From a virus: DNA of 64,000 nt. Shown here in pieces: positions 26,651-35,294 of this stretch; the stretch's first letter is position 1; every line of letters begins with the position of its first letter. The DNA lies in the IMG/VR virus record IMGVR_UViG_3300010370_002417, positions 13,259-77,258 of that record; one strand, given 5' to 3'. Position numbers and translations under genes: made by a program. The notes below the pieces were generated by a model, which saw only the letters and a list, made by a program, of their open reading frames with translations, was not told the origin of the DNA and did not search any database.

Positions 26651-27589
26651 TCATTTGAACTCACAATCGATCATAATCTGCGTCATGCAGGCTGCCAAGT
26701 TGATTTCTTGGTCAACAACGAACGCAGCCTTGTACTGATAGTCAGCCAAGGCTAGAACCAGTGGCGGAATCGACTCTGGCTTCATAATTGCGCTTGCTGC
26801 GTCATACAGCTTACGAAATAGCACATTCACGTCCATGCTGGCGTTCTGGGCGACCCATTTGCGCATATTCTCGAACTCGCGTCCCTTTAGATACTTTACC
26901 AGCTCCTTGATCTCCACGTTGTCCACGGAGGCAAGAATGCCAGCATCAATCGCGCCACGGGCAGAATACCGCTGCAACTCATTGATAACTCGACGCCAAT
27001 CAGGGAAGTGCTTCATAATCACTTCGGCTAGGACTTTCTTGTCATAGCCAACGTTCTCCTGATCCAGGATCCCGCATGCGCGCGCGAGGAACTGTTTAGC
27101 CAATTCGCCCTTTTCCTTGCTGCCAATCTTAAACTCTACGACAGAGCAACGAGAGTGCAGAGGATCAATGATACGATTAACAAAATTACAAGTAAGAATG
27201 AATCCACAATTTGATGAATATTCTTCCATAAAATTGCGGAGAGCAGGCTGAGTGCTATTCGCGTTGAGATAGTCAGCCTCGTCAAGGATGACATACTTTC
27301 TTCCTCCGCCGAAGGAAACTGTCGCTGCGAAGTTACGAATGTCCGTTCGCAACGTATCAATGTTTCCATTCATTGATCCGTTAATGATAATGTAATCTGC
27401 TTCGATCTCCTCCAGCATAGCACTAGCAACAGTCGTCTTACCAACGCCTGCTGTGCCAGAGAGAAGTAGATTGGGAATGTTGCCGTCTGCTACAAACTGC
27501 TGGAATGTAGCCTTGAGATCCTCGGGCAGAATGCAATCTGCGATCTTACGAGGACGATACTTTTCAACCCACAGAAATTCTTCGCGCAT
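26651..27589 (-). CDS. 44: Clamp loader large subunit gp44
   Basis: LWVEKYRP, GTAGVGKTT, ILDEAD and LHSRC motifs. Confidence 0.96.
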   Translation of the reverse strand: MREEFLWVEKYRPRKIADCILPEDLKATFQQFVADGNIPNLLLSGTAGVGKTTVASAMLEEIEADYIIINGSMNGNIDTLRTDIRNFAATVSFGGGRKYVILDEADYLNANSTQPALRNFMEEYSSNCGFILTCNFVNRIIDPLHSRCSVVEFKIGSKEKGELAKQFLARACGILDQENVGYDKKVLAEVIMKHFPDWRRVINELQRYSARGAIDAGILASVDNVEIKELVKYLKGREFENMRKWVAQNASMDVNVLFRKLYDAASAIMKPESIPPLVLALADYQYKAAFVVDQEINLAACMTQIMIDCEFK

Positions 27590-27610
27590 ATTGGCTCCAT
27601 GATATAAAGA

Positions 27611-27633
27611 GGAAAGGGGACCGAAGTCCCCTT
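27611..27633 (-). terminator. Hairpin terminator (cUUCGg loop) after gp45
   Basis: AAGGGGAC-TTCG-GTCCCCTTT. Confidence 0.7.
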
Positions 27634-27634
27634 G

Positions 27635-28303
27635 TTATTCGCCATACTTGCTAGACTGTTCTGTAGCAATCCAGTATTCCACATCTCCAGTCTTCGACTT
27701 GAAGTGAGAGATACCCTTAGCTGACACGCGAACTTCGTAATCGCGATTGAGAATCTTGAGATTGTCAATCTTGAAGATCATGCGATAGTTAGCCTCAGCC
27801 AAACCAACTTCGTACTCAAACGAGTTGGAGCCATCGTTGCGAGAATCAATCGCAGCAAGATAAGCCTTGCCCTTACGACCAATCAACGCAATCTCAGGAA
27901 GACCAAGAACACCAGCTGCGCGCAATGCGCTCTGCAATGCAGAAGCATCGAGAGTGAACGAGATCTCCGTGGAAGGAAGATTGATTTCCTTCGCAGGCGG
28001 CGCTTGGATCAGATCCGTCTTAGCATAGCGAAGAGTCGTCTTAGCCTTACCATTGGTGATCGTAAGCGAATCGTCGCCAAGATTGAGATCGGGATCTTCG
28101 AACATAGAAACAGTCGAGATGAACTGCGTCAGATCGTAGATAGCGAACTCCTTGTCGAAGCTCTCGGTAACATTAGCCTTAGCAAGAACAGTCTTCTGCG
28201 GGCTGACAGTCTTCTGTACACTGCCAGCCTGGAAGATAAGCGACGGATTGATCGCCGCAAAGTTCTTGAGGATTTCGGTAGTCTCTTTAGAAAGTTTCAT
28301 CAT
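27635..28303 (-). CDS. 45: Sliding clamp gp45
   Basis: KLSKET..ILKNFA.IN, FAIYDL.QF and YWIA.E motifs; TTGACA-17-TATATT promoter at 28321-28349. Confidence 0.93.
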   Translation of the reverse strand: MMKLSKETTEILKNFAAINPSLIFQAGSVQKTVSPQKTVLAKANVTESFDKEFAIYDLTQFISTVSMFEDPDLNLGDDSLTITNGKAKTTLRYAKTDLIQAPPAKEINLPSTEISFTLDASALQSALRAAGVLGLPEIALIGRKGKAYLAAIDSRNDGSNSFEYEVGLAEANYRMIFKIDNLKILNRDYEVRVSAKGISHFKSKTGDVEYWIATEQSSKYGE

Positions 28304-28350
28304 GTTGTCTCCTCATATTCAATATATCACTATGTATGCGGATTGTCAAA

Positions 28351-29211
28351 TCACTTCTTCTTTTTCTTTGGCATAGAAGTCTCGTCAGCCGTAGCTCCAG
28401 CGCCAATCGTAGCAAGATCCATAAGAGATCCACCAAACACATAAGAGCCAGTATGCTGCAACTTCATCCAGGGGCAGAGCCAAGTCTTAAGACCAACTTC
28501 TTGCGCCTTCTGACAGAACCAATAGTCTTCTGAAAGATAACGCTTCGACGCTGGATCAACTTCGGCTTGGAAAGCCATAAGAATCTCGCGCGATCCATCG
28601 AAATGCTCTGTGCGAACGTGATCTGGCTTGTAGTAGTATTGCGGATACGACTTAGCGAAATGCTCCAGTGCTTCGCGCTGGATCATCATAAAGCCAGTGC
28701 CGCCTTCAAGAACTTCTACAGGCTCATCGAGAGGAATCGAAGTCGTTTCGCCTTTCGGATTGAACACATAGTCGCCAACATATTTCTCAAGATTGCTAGG
28801 ATCTTTGTCAGCGAATCCCTTATCGACTGCTCGCTTGATCTTTTCCCAGGCGATGCACTTCTTAGGATACGGACCGCAGACGATATGCTTATCGGAGCCG
28901 GCTTCAGCGATAACCGCAAGAGCGATAACGTCGTTCGGATCGAAGCCAATGTCTGAGTCGATAAACATCAGATGCGTACAATCAGAGCGGAGAAACTCAT
29001 CGACAAGATAGTTTCTTGCTCTGGTGATTAGTGATTCGTTGAAAAGATAAAAGAAGCGAACGTCCATACCATACTGTGCAGCCATAGATGCTAGATCAGC
29101 CGTGGACTTGCAATACTGTCCGCCGCAGATGCCGCCATACATTGGCGTCGCGACGAAGATTTTCTTTTTGCGTAGTTCTTCAACAGATACTGTAATTTCA
29201 ATGCCAGCCAT
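28351..29211 (-). CDS. Glycosyltransferase-like (GT-A) protein
   Basis: VATPMYGG, ESLITRARN, HLMFIDSDI (DxD), GTGFMMI and YLSEDYWFC motifs. Confidence 0.75.
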   Translation of the reverse strand: MAGIEITVSVEELRKKKIFVATPMYGGICGGQYCKSTADLASMAAQYGMDVRFFYLFNESLITRARNYLVDEFLRSDCTHLMFIDSDIGFDPNDVIALAVIAEAGSDKHIVCGPYPKKCIAWEKIKRAVDKGFADKDPSNLEKYVGDYVFNPKGETTSIPLDEPVEVLEGGTGFMMIQREALEHFAKSYPQYYYKPDHVRTEHFDGSREILMAFQAEVDPASKRYLSEDYWFCQKAQEVGLKTWLCPWMKLQHTGSYVFGGSLMDLATIGAGATADETSMPKKKKK

Positions 29212-29246
29212 GATTACTCCAATGTTGTTTTATTATATATGCTCCA

Positions 29247-29486
29247 TCAGAGCAGTTCTTGAATCTCAGCCTGCTTTTTCTTCCAGCGAATGATAGCCTG
29301 CTGATGCTTCAGTCGACGCTTGATCGAAGGCTTGGTATAATGTTCACGATCTGCCAAATCGCGCAAGAGATTCTCGCGCTGGACTTTCTTCTTCAAAATG
29401 CGCAAAGCACCGTTCACATCATTATTGCGAACAGTGACGGAAATACCCTTGAGATGCTCCCAAGGCTCACGATTATCAGTGGACAA
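29247..29486 (-). CDS. rpsU: Ribosomal protein bS21
   Basis: V.VRNNDVNGALR.LKKK...L...REHYTKPS.KRR matches the bS21 signature. Confidence 0.88.
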   Translation of the reverse strand: MSTDNREPWEHLKGISVTVRNNDVNGALRILKKKVQRENLLRDLADREHYTKPSIKRRLKHQQAIIRWKKKQAEIQELL

Positions 29487-29508
29487 TTATCTAAACTCCA
29501 TGAAAGAT

Positions 29509-29535
29509 AGGGAGGGGAATTGCTCCCCCTCCCTT
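29509..29535 (-). terminator. GC-rich hairpin, probable terminator
   Basis: AGGGAGGGG...CCCCTCCCT inverted repeat after the 29544 stop; weak U tract. Confidence 0.5.
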
Positions 29536-29543
29536 ATATAGCA

Positions 29544-29807
29544 TCACGCAGCGTGAGAAAACGCGGTCGTGCCGAGAACCGCATACGCAGCAGCGACCAT
29601 CGCGCGCGAAGGCGTGCCGAGACGGTACTTCTGCGTCACTTCGCCCTTCGAGTTCGTGCGCTCGTTGAGATAGATCGCGTAGCCCTTCTCGCGAAGAACA
29701 CGAACAACCTCATGCGGATTGCCAACGGCGAAGCGCGAGCGGATCTGCGAAGCGGTCAGCTCCTCACCAGAGAGAAGAGCCTTGAGAACGGAATCAGTCT
29801 TAGTCAT
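29544..29807 (-). CDS. Small winged-helix/HTH DNA-binding protein
   Basis: VL.ALLSGE.LTA.QIRSRF...LREKGY.IY.N...KYRLGTPSR pattern. Confidence 0.7.
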   Translation of the reverse strand: MTKTDSVLKALLSGEELTASQIRSRFAVGNPHEVVRVLREKGYAIYLNERTNSKGEVTQKYRLGTPSRAMVAAAYAVLGTTAFSHAA

Positions 29808-29844
29808 AACAATCATACTCCATAGATGGTGGGTTTAATTACGC

Positions 29845-31044
29845 TCAGAAAGAGATTTCCTGAGCGTTCTCCGCTGCTTTGTCAGTTTCTGCAGCAGGAG
29901 TCTCGGTGACGGGATTGATCGTAGGATCAACCTTTGAATAGAGATCAAGGAATGCAGTCTTGGTCTCTTCGTCGAATCTGTTGATGCACAGGCGAATAGA
30001 CTTCGCACGATCGCCAATCATACGATACGTCTGTGCAATATGAACAAGGCGGCGAGTTGAAATAAGCTCGTCAATCGCACCCTCGGTGAAAGTCTTGCGA
30101 ATGATCTCAGACCAAACAACAAGATGCTCAACGAACGCCTTATCATCTTCAGTCATTGTATCATCTGACAAGTAATTTGTCAAGATCTTTTTCTCGATGG
30201 CAGGAGTCGGATACTCTTGCTCAATCGTGATCGGGAAACGCTCGAGCCACGCATCGTCGAGCATCGTAGCAGCAACGTATCGACCGTCGTCGGAGCCGCG
30301 ACCCTTAGTGTTAGCCGTAACAACCACGTTGAAGCCAGGAGTGGCTGTGACGATCTCGCCAGTCTTCTTCATGAAGTAAGGCTTGCCTTCGAGAATGCCC
30401 TGGAGACACATAGCCTTGCCAGGATCAGCGCGGTCAGCTTCGTCGATCAGCAAGAGAGCGCCGATCTCCATCGCGCGAAGGACAGGACCCTTCATGAACT
30501 TAGTCTCGCCGTCGATGAGACGGAAGCCGCCGATGAGATCGTCTTCGTCAGTCTCGCGTGACATTTGCACACGGATCATCGGACGCTTGACCTTGGCGCA
30601 AACCTGCTCGACCATGAACGTCTTGCCGTTGCCAGAATGACCTGAGATAAACACGGGGAAGAACTGACCAGACGAGATAATCTTCTCGATCATCTTGAAC
30701 TCGCCAAACGGCACATAGTGCTTGTCCTTAGCCGGAATCTGCGCATAGTCATGCTCGGAAACAACGTTCGGATCGAACTTCTTGGCGCTCACAGGATTCT
30801 CGCGACGGATAGGAACGATATCAGCCGCCATGGCTGCAATGGACTTAGAGTCGCCTTCGTATCGAGGCAGACGATACTGTCCGCGATCGTGACGATACTT
30901 GGGCTTGTAGAGCCAGTGGTGATCTGCGTTGGCTAGATTGTGCTGACGAGCCAGCTCGACCAGCTCAGCGACAGCCACAACAGCTTCGCTGCCAAATGTA
31001 TCAGTAGCCAACTCGAGGAACTTGCTTTGATTCGCCTTCAACAT
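29845..31044 (-). CDS. MoxR/CobS-like AAA+ ATPase
   Basis: GHSGNGKT, LLIDEAD, ATANTKGRG, ERF and ISTRRLV motifs. Confidence 0.9.
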   Translation of the reverse strand: MLKANQSKFLELATDTFGSEAVVAVAELVELARQHNLANADHHWLYKPKYRHDRGQYRLPRYEGDSKSIAAMAADIVPIRRENPVSAKKFDPNVVSEHDYAQIPAKDKHYVPFGEFKMIEKIISSGQFFPVFISGHSGNGKTFMVEQVCAKVKRPMIRVQMSRETDEDDLIGGFRLIDGETKFMKGPVLRAMEIGALLLIDEADRADPGKAMCLQGILEGKPYFMKKTGEIVTATPGFNVVVTANTKGRGSDDGRYVAATMLDDAWLERFPITIEQEYPTPAIEKKILTNYLSDDTMTEDDKAFVEHLVVWSEIIRKTFTEGAIDELISTRRLVHIAQTYRMIGDRAKSIRLCINRFDEETKTAFLDLYSKVDPTINPVTETPAAETDKAAENAQEISF

Positions 31045-31071
31045 GATCGTCTCACCTTTCATCATATATGT

Positions 31072-31100
31072 ATTGTATCACAGGCGTCAGTGGTTGTCAA
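31072..31100 (-). promoter_or_regulatory. Early promoter with ATGATGAAAGG leader
   Basis: TTGACA-17-TACAAT-6 nt-ATGATGAAAGG. Confidence 0.8.
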
Positions 31101-31101
31101 G

Positions 31102-31254
31102 TCACATTCGTTCGATAGTCGGTTTGCCAACAAGCCCAGTAGAATTGATAAGGGCTCGCATGAATGCAAAGGCATCCTTGAGATAGCGGAACGTGGCAGA
31201 CTCGTCCGTGAGCAGTTTATCTTCGCCCTTGAGCGTATATGTTACCTTGAACAT
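31102..31254 (-). CDS. Hypothetical 50-aa protein (not in ORF track)
   Basis: Translated by hand: MFKVTYTLKGEDK...GKPTIERM. GAGGAG RBS and its own TTGACA-17-TATACT promoter (31281-31309). Confidence 0.65.
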   Translation of the reverse strand: MFKVTYTLKGEDKLLTDESATFRYLKDAFAFMRALINSTGLVGKPTIERM

Positions 31255-31305
31255 TTTGCCTTCTCCTCTACTCTAAGATAAGTATATATGGTCTAGGTTC
31301 TATTG

Positions 31306-33570
31306 TCAAGCGGCAATCTTCTCGATGAATCGAGAAAGAACCATACGAGATCCGCCACGCTTGTTCTGGGCGTTGATGAACGCTTTGGCTAGTTGCCCCT
31401 TCTTCAAGTCCTTGGCTTCTTCGAACTTAGCCTGCTGTGCCTGAAGATTCGCGCCACCCTGGATAAGATAGAACTCATGGAAGTTCAGCATCTTAGGGAT
31501 GATCAGACTTCTTTCTTTCTTATATTTGGCTAAGGTCTTATCATATTGTTCTGCAGGCGTGTATCTTGAGATGGCGTTACGAACTTCGTATGTGTTGTTC
31601 GTAATGTAGAAGCCAACGAAGTTAGAATCTGTGGCATCACGAACGATGCGCGCAAACATAGCCGTGACATCCGAATAAGCATTGAAGTTCATTGCTGTCT
31701 GCATTCGCGTTTCTTCGTCGATGAAGATGCGCGTGACATTACTCCACGTTGGCATAAGATTCATCATACGTTCGACGCCCTTTGTATCTGTGACGATCGA
31801 ATGATTGCTCTCGCCATCCGTGATGCAGATGAAATTCATAATCTGCACGTTCTTTTCTTTGCGGAACTTATTGATCAAGTCGCGACACACAAGCAACGAA
31901 TCATTGAGCGGCGTACCGCCAAGACCAAAGAATCTAAGACCATAAAAGCCAAAGATGCTATCCATCATCGAATTTTGGCCATTGAGCGTAAAGCCGTTCT
32001 TGATTGCGAACTCGTTGCTATGATAGTCGAACTTCGAGGCTACCGCAAGAAGAATGCCAATCATTTCGTTGAATTCTTTGAGATTCATCTTCTCGTTGAA
32101 TAGTTCGAGAAGATCGAACTCTTTGTCGGGGAACACGAAGTCCTTGTTGAGGCGTTGTTGGATTCTGCGCTTCATCTCTCCGCGCGCGCCAGAGCGAGCG
32201 AGCTTGGTCTTAGTCCAGACCTGATCATTGCCAGAAATAACGCTGGTGAAGCCATAGAAACGATGCGGGATACCAACGCGGCGGCAGAACATAGCCAACG
32301 AGATCAGCTGATCCATCGCGCCACGATAATTCTGCGACATAGAGCCAGACATATCAAGGATCGCAACAACGCCGTGATTCTTGCCAGTAGGCTCAATGGT
32401 CAGTCGCTTGAAGATATCATCGTTGAACTTGTAGCTGTGGAGCTTGTTCACGTCGATCACGCCAGTCTTAGCCTGCTTAGAGCGAGAGTAAGCGATAGCC
32501 GCTTTCTTCATCTCGAACTCTTTGACCATATAATTGATAGCCGAGTTGTTCTCACGGCGGAACTTGGTAGTCAGCCAGCCACAATAAGATCTGAACAGAT
32601 ACGGATTCTTGGCTCGCGCCAAGTCACTATCCACCAGCTCTAAGACTTCGCGATAGCCATAGGTGAACGGCTCGTATGCTAGATCTTTGGGAAAGTAGAT
32701 ATATTTGAACTCGCGGCTCGAAAGACTAGGATCGAGGAGCTGTTCCATACGTTCGCTCATCGCGCGATCAGTCTTAGCCTCGTCTACATTATCTTCTTGC
32801 TCTTTCGTAGTGGCACTATCAATAGAACCGTTGTTGCCAACGCCGTTTTCATCGTGGTCATCAGCTTCGCCTTCGCCTTCGCCGCTATCGTCTTCGATTT
32901 CGTCGAATTCTTCGCCTTCTTCACCCAGTTGGGCAAAAGACTCAGAAGTCTGCTCCAGCTCTTCTTCTTTCTTAGCCTTGACATACTCAAGGATATCGCG
33001 GGCAAGATTCTCCACGTCTTCGAATGTGATAGTCTGTTCAGCTCGCTGCACGAACATACGTTCTTCTTCACTGAACTTGACGCGAACAATCGTGCCCAAT
33101 TTGAAGTAGAGATTGATACGATCGATCAGCGATAGGCTGTCAAGATCGTCGTTCTTGATCTCGAAGAAATCGTTCTCGTGCAGCCACTTGTAGCCGTCGA
33201 TGAAATCGCGGCGCGATCCAGGGAACTTGGTCTTGATCTTGCGCTCGATGCGAGCATCTTCTATGACGTTGAGATAGCCCTGGAATGTATGCGCGATGCG
33301 CTTGGACTCTTTTTCTTCTTCTATCTTGTCGATAGCGCCTTTCCATTCCGTGGCGTCAGTATATAGAGCGTGGCCAACCTCATGCAGCGCAAGGAAATGA
33401 TACAGATACTCTGGCATGTCCTTCCACATAGGAAGAGCCAGGACACGATTCTTCACGTCGAAATAAGCCGTTTTGATGGGCTTGTGTTCGACCATAATAT
33501 TTTCTGCCGCCAACAATTTAGCCAGCTTATCTAGCGAGCCAGGCTTGATTAGATTCGTGGTGTCAGCCAT
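31306..33570 (-). CDS. CobT-like VWA protein with N-terminal HExxH domain
   Basis: LHEVGHALYT, NVIEDARIE, acidic linker, MIDAS DMSGSM...GGTPL...ITDGE; promoter TTGACA-17-TATCAT at 33595-33623. Confidence 0.88.
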   Translation of the reverse strand: MADTTNLIKPGSLDKLAKLLAAENIMVEHKPIKTAYFDVKNRVLALPMWKDMPEYLYHFLALHEVGHALYTDATEWKGAIDKIEEEKESKRIAHTFQGYLNVIEDARIERKIKTKFPGSRRDFIDGYKWLHENDFFEIKNDDLDSLSLIDRINLYFKLGTIVRVKFSEEERMFVQRAEQTITFEDVENLARDILEYVKAKKEEELEQTSESFAQLGEEGEEFDEIEDDSGEGEGEADDHDENGVGNNGSIDSATTKEQEDNVDEAKTDRAMSERMEQLLDPSLSSREFKYIYFPKDLAYEPFTYGYREVLELVDSDLARAKNPYLFRSYCGWLTTKFRRENNSAINYMVKEFEMKKAAIAYSRSKQAKTGVIDVNKLHSYKFNDDIFKRLTIEPTGKNHGVVAILDMSGSMSQNYRGAMDQLISLAMFCRRVGIPHRFYGFTSVISGNDQVWTKTKLARSGARGEMKRRIQQRLNKDFVFPDKEFDLLELFNEKMNLKEFNEMIGILLAVASKFDYHSNEFAIKNGFTLNGQNSMMDSIFGFYGLRFFGLGGTPLNDSLLVCRDLINKFRKEKNVQIMNFICITDGESNHSIVTDTKGVERMMNLMPTWSNVTRIFIDEETRMQTAMNFNAYSDVTAMFARIVRDATDSNFVGFYITNNTYEVRNAISRYTPAEQYDKTLAKYKKERSLIIPKMLNFHEFYLIQGGANLQAQQAKFEEAKDLKKGQLAKAFINAQNKRGGSRMVLSRFIEKIAA

Positions 33571-33626
33571 AGTCATCTCCGTCACTATTTACTAATGATA
33601 GCGGGTTGGCGGCGAGTTGTCAAGGG

Positions 33627-33833
33627 TCAATGCGCCTCAAAATAGCGGATATCCGCTTCCGTGGTATACGGATCCTCAGCTTGGATCTGGCGAATCAGCT
33701 CTTCGCGGCGCTCGCGCAAGGCATCGATCTGTTTCAGCAGATGATCAGCCAGCGGATAGGCACCGAATTTCATAGCCATGTCATAATTAGACTCCAGCTC
33801 GTCGAGGGTGGTGCGAATCTGATTGATGTTCAT
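33627..33833 (-). CDS. Small early hypothetical protein
   Basis: Own promoter (33858-33886) and AAAGG RBS. Confidence 0.7.
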   Translation of the reverse strand: MNINQIRTTLDELESNYDMAMKFGAYPLADHLLKQIDALRERREELIRQIQAEDPYTTEADIRYFEAH

Positions 33834-33857
33834 TTCGTTACCTTTCATCATATGTTC

Positions 33858-33886
33858 ATTGTAGTAAGTTGGCGGGCAATTGTCAA
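33858..33886 (-). promoter_or_regulatory. Early promoter
   Basis: TTGACA-17-TACAAT-GAACAT-ATGATGAAAGG. Confidence 0.8.
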
Positions 33887-34212
33887 GCGCCCGTCCAGCG
33901 AACGTTCGACAAGGCCTGCAGCACATTGCCACGGGCGAAGTTCTTCGCGGGGGCGCGCCAGCTAGCCGCCTTGAGAATGTCGCCGCGCTTGAACTTGCCA
34001 TCGTCGTCCAGCATAATGAAAGAATGAACGCCAGTCTGCGGACCGGTGATCACCTTGATGAACTTACGATGGATCTCGTATCGAATCGAGGCGTCGAACT
34101 CTTGGATCATTTCAGCGCGAGTGGGTGACATCGGGCTATATCCAGCATAGTCAGCCTTGATGGCTTGAATGTAACGTTCAACGCCAGCCTTGAGGTCAGA
34201 AGCGATAGTCAT
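33883..34212 (-). CDS. Conserved early hypothetical protein
   Basis: KFIKV....GVHSFI......GDILKAASWRAPAKNFARGNV, a widespread phage family. Confidence 0.8.
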   Translation of the reverse strand: MTIASDLKAGVERYIQAIKADYAGYSPMSPTRAEMIQEFDASIRYEIHRKFIKVITGPQTGVHSFIMLDDDGKFKRGDILKAASWRAPAKNFARGNVLQALSNVRWTGA

Positions 34213-34236
34213 GCCATTTCCTTTCATCATATGTTC

Positions 34237-34265
34237 ATTGTACACGGTGGCAGGCTGGTTGTCAA
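34237..34265 (-). promoter_or_regulatory. Early promoter
   Basis: TTGACA-17-TACAAT-GAACAT-ATGATGAAAGG. Confidence 0.8.
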
Positions 34266-34468
34266 TACCGTTCCGACCACCGATCGTTTTCTTCGTCTTC
34301 GTCGAGAAAGAATTCCGCCAGCTGACCCAAGAAAATGATCAGGTCTCTGGTATCGCCCTTCTTAATGTTTTCGCTCGGCCAATCAAAGCCGGCTTTGACC
34401 GCCGAAGGCTTGAGCATAAGTATGGCTTCGATCAAGTCGTTGCGGTTGGTTCGGGTCTTGTAACTCAT
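34262..34468 (-). CDS. Small early hypothetical protein
   Basis: Own promoter (34493-34521) and AAAGGA RBS. Confidence 0.7.
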   Translation of the reverse strand: MSYKTRTNRNDLIEAILMLKPSAVKAGFDWPSENIKKGDTRDLIIFLGQLAEFFLDEDEENDRWSERY

Positions 34469-34492
34469 GTGGCTTCCTTTCATCACTTTTTC

Positions 34493-34521
34493 ATTGTATG
34501 GGGTATCGGGTTGGTTGTCAA
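34493..34521 (-). promoter_or_regulatory. Early promoter
   Basis: TTGACA-17-TACAAT-GAAAAA-GTGATGAAAGG. Confidence 0.8.
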
Positions 34522-34610
34522 ACGAAAAAACCCCCTGTAAAAACAGAGGGTTATAGCTAAGTCACTGATATTATGGGGAAAACTTTTTTGTAAAATCTTG
34601 GTTACGATCG

Positions 34611-35294
34611 TTAAGGATTTTTTAACGCAATAAAGCCGGTAAAGGCATGATTTTGCCAGAACGAATCGACTACCTTGAAGCCGGCGGCTTTACACATATC
34701 CACGATTTCCTGCCTGGTGCTAGGCTTAGTCATGTGGCGTAGTTGTCGTTCCTTATCCATAATGTCTTCTGTCGTAAATGTCTTGCGCTTGAAATCGTAG
34801 TAGGTAAATGTGCGGATCTCGTGTACGCGCACGTTCTCTGGCATAGTCTTTTCTGCGAACACGAACGCGCCTCCAGGTAGCAAACCGTCGTGAACTTTAC
34901 TTACAACTTCTTTGCGATCCTTGAACGACATAAACTGTAATGTAAAGATTGAAGTGACATAAGAACAGTTTCTAAAGTCATAGTTTAAGACATCGCCGCG
35001 ATAGTATGTCAAATTCTCATATTGATTTTCGTCAGCGATGAATCCCTTCCAAAAGTCTTCTTCGATCTCGATACCTTCATAGATGGCGTCTGGAGCAAAT
35101 GTGTTCTGTGCGATCATGCTCTTAAGCATCTTGCCAGTAGAACAACCAATATCAACGACAGAGGTATTGTTCTCGACGAAATACTGCGAGATGTCAACGA
35201 CGTCTTGCCAAAGATGACCATATCCACGGATCGATCCGTCAATGTGATTGTCAAAGCCTTCTTCGCGTGTAGCAAACGTGAACTTACCTGTCAT
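34611..35294 (-). CDS. cmoA: CmoA-like carboxy-SAM synthase / SAM-dependent methyltransferase fold
   Basis: FDNHIDGSIRGY, VDIGCSTG, SIFTLQF, L.PGG.FVFAEK, FKR and AGF..VDSFWQ...F.G.IALK follow CmoA; ATGA overlap with the MTase. Confidence 0.8.
   Translation of the reverse strand: MTGKFTFATREEGFDNHIDGSIRGYGHLWQDVVDISQYFVENNTSVVDIGCSTGKMLKSMIAQNTFAPDAIYEGIEIEEDFWKGFIADENQYENLTYYRGDVLNYDFRNCSYVTSIFTLQFMSFKDRKEVVSKVHDGLLPGGAFVFAEKTMPENVRVHEIRTFTYYDFKRKTFTTEDIMDKERQLRHMTKPSTRQEIVDMCKAAGFKVVDSFWQNHAFTGFIALKNP

Noticed and set aside
29845-33570. Cobalamin biosynthesis (cobS/cobT) annotation
   Set aside because: No cobN or other cob genes are present; the motifs fit the generic phage MoxR-VWA pair.
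34611-35294. tRNA cmo5U modification role for the CmoA-like gene
   Set aside because: No cmoB is present in the window and the gene is coupled to a DNA MTase with a basic motif-X residue. Down-weighted rather than excluded.
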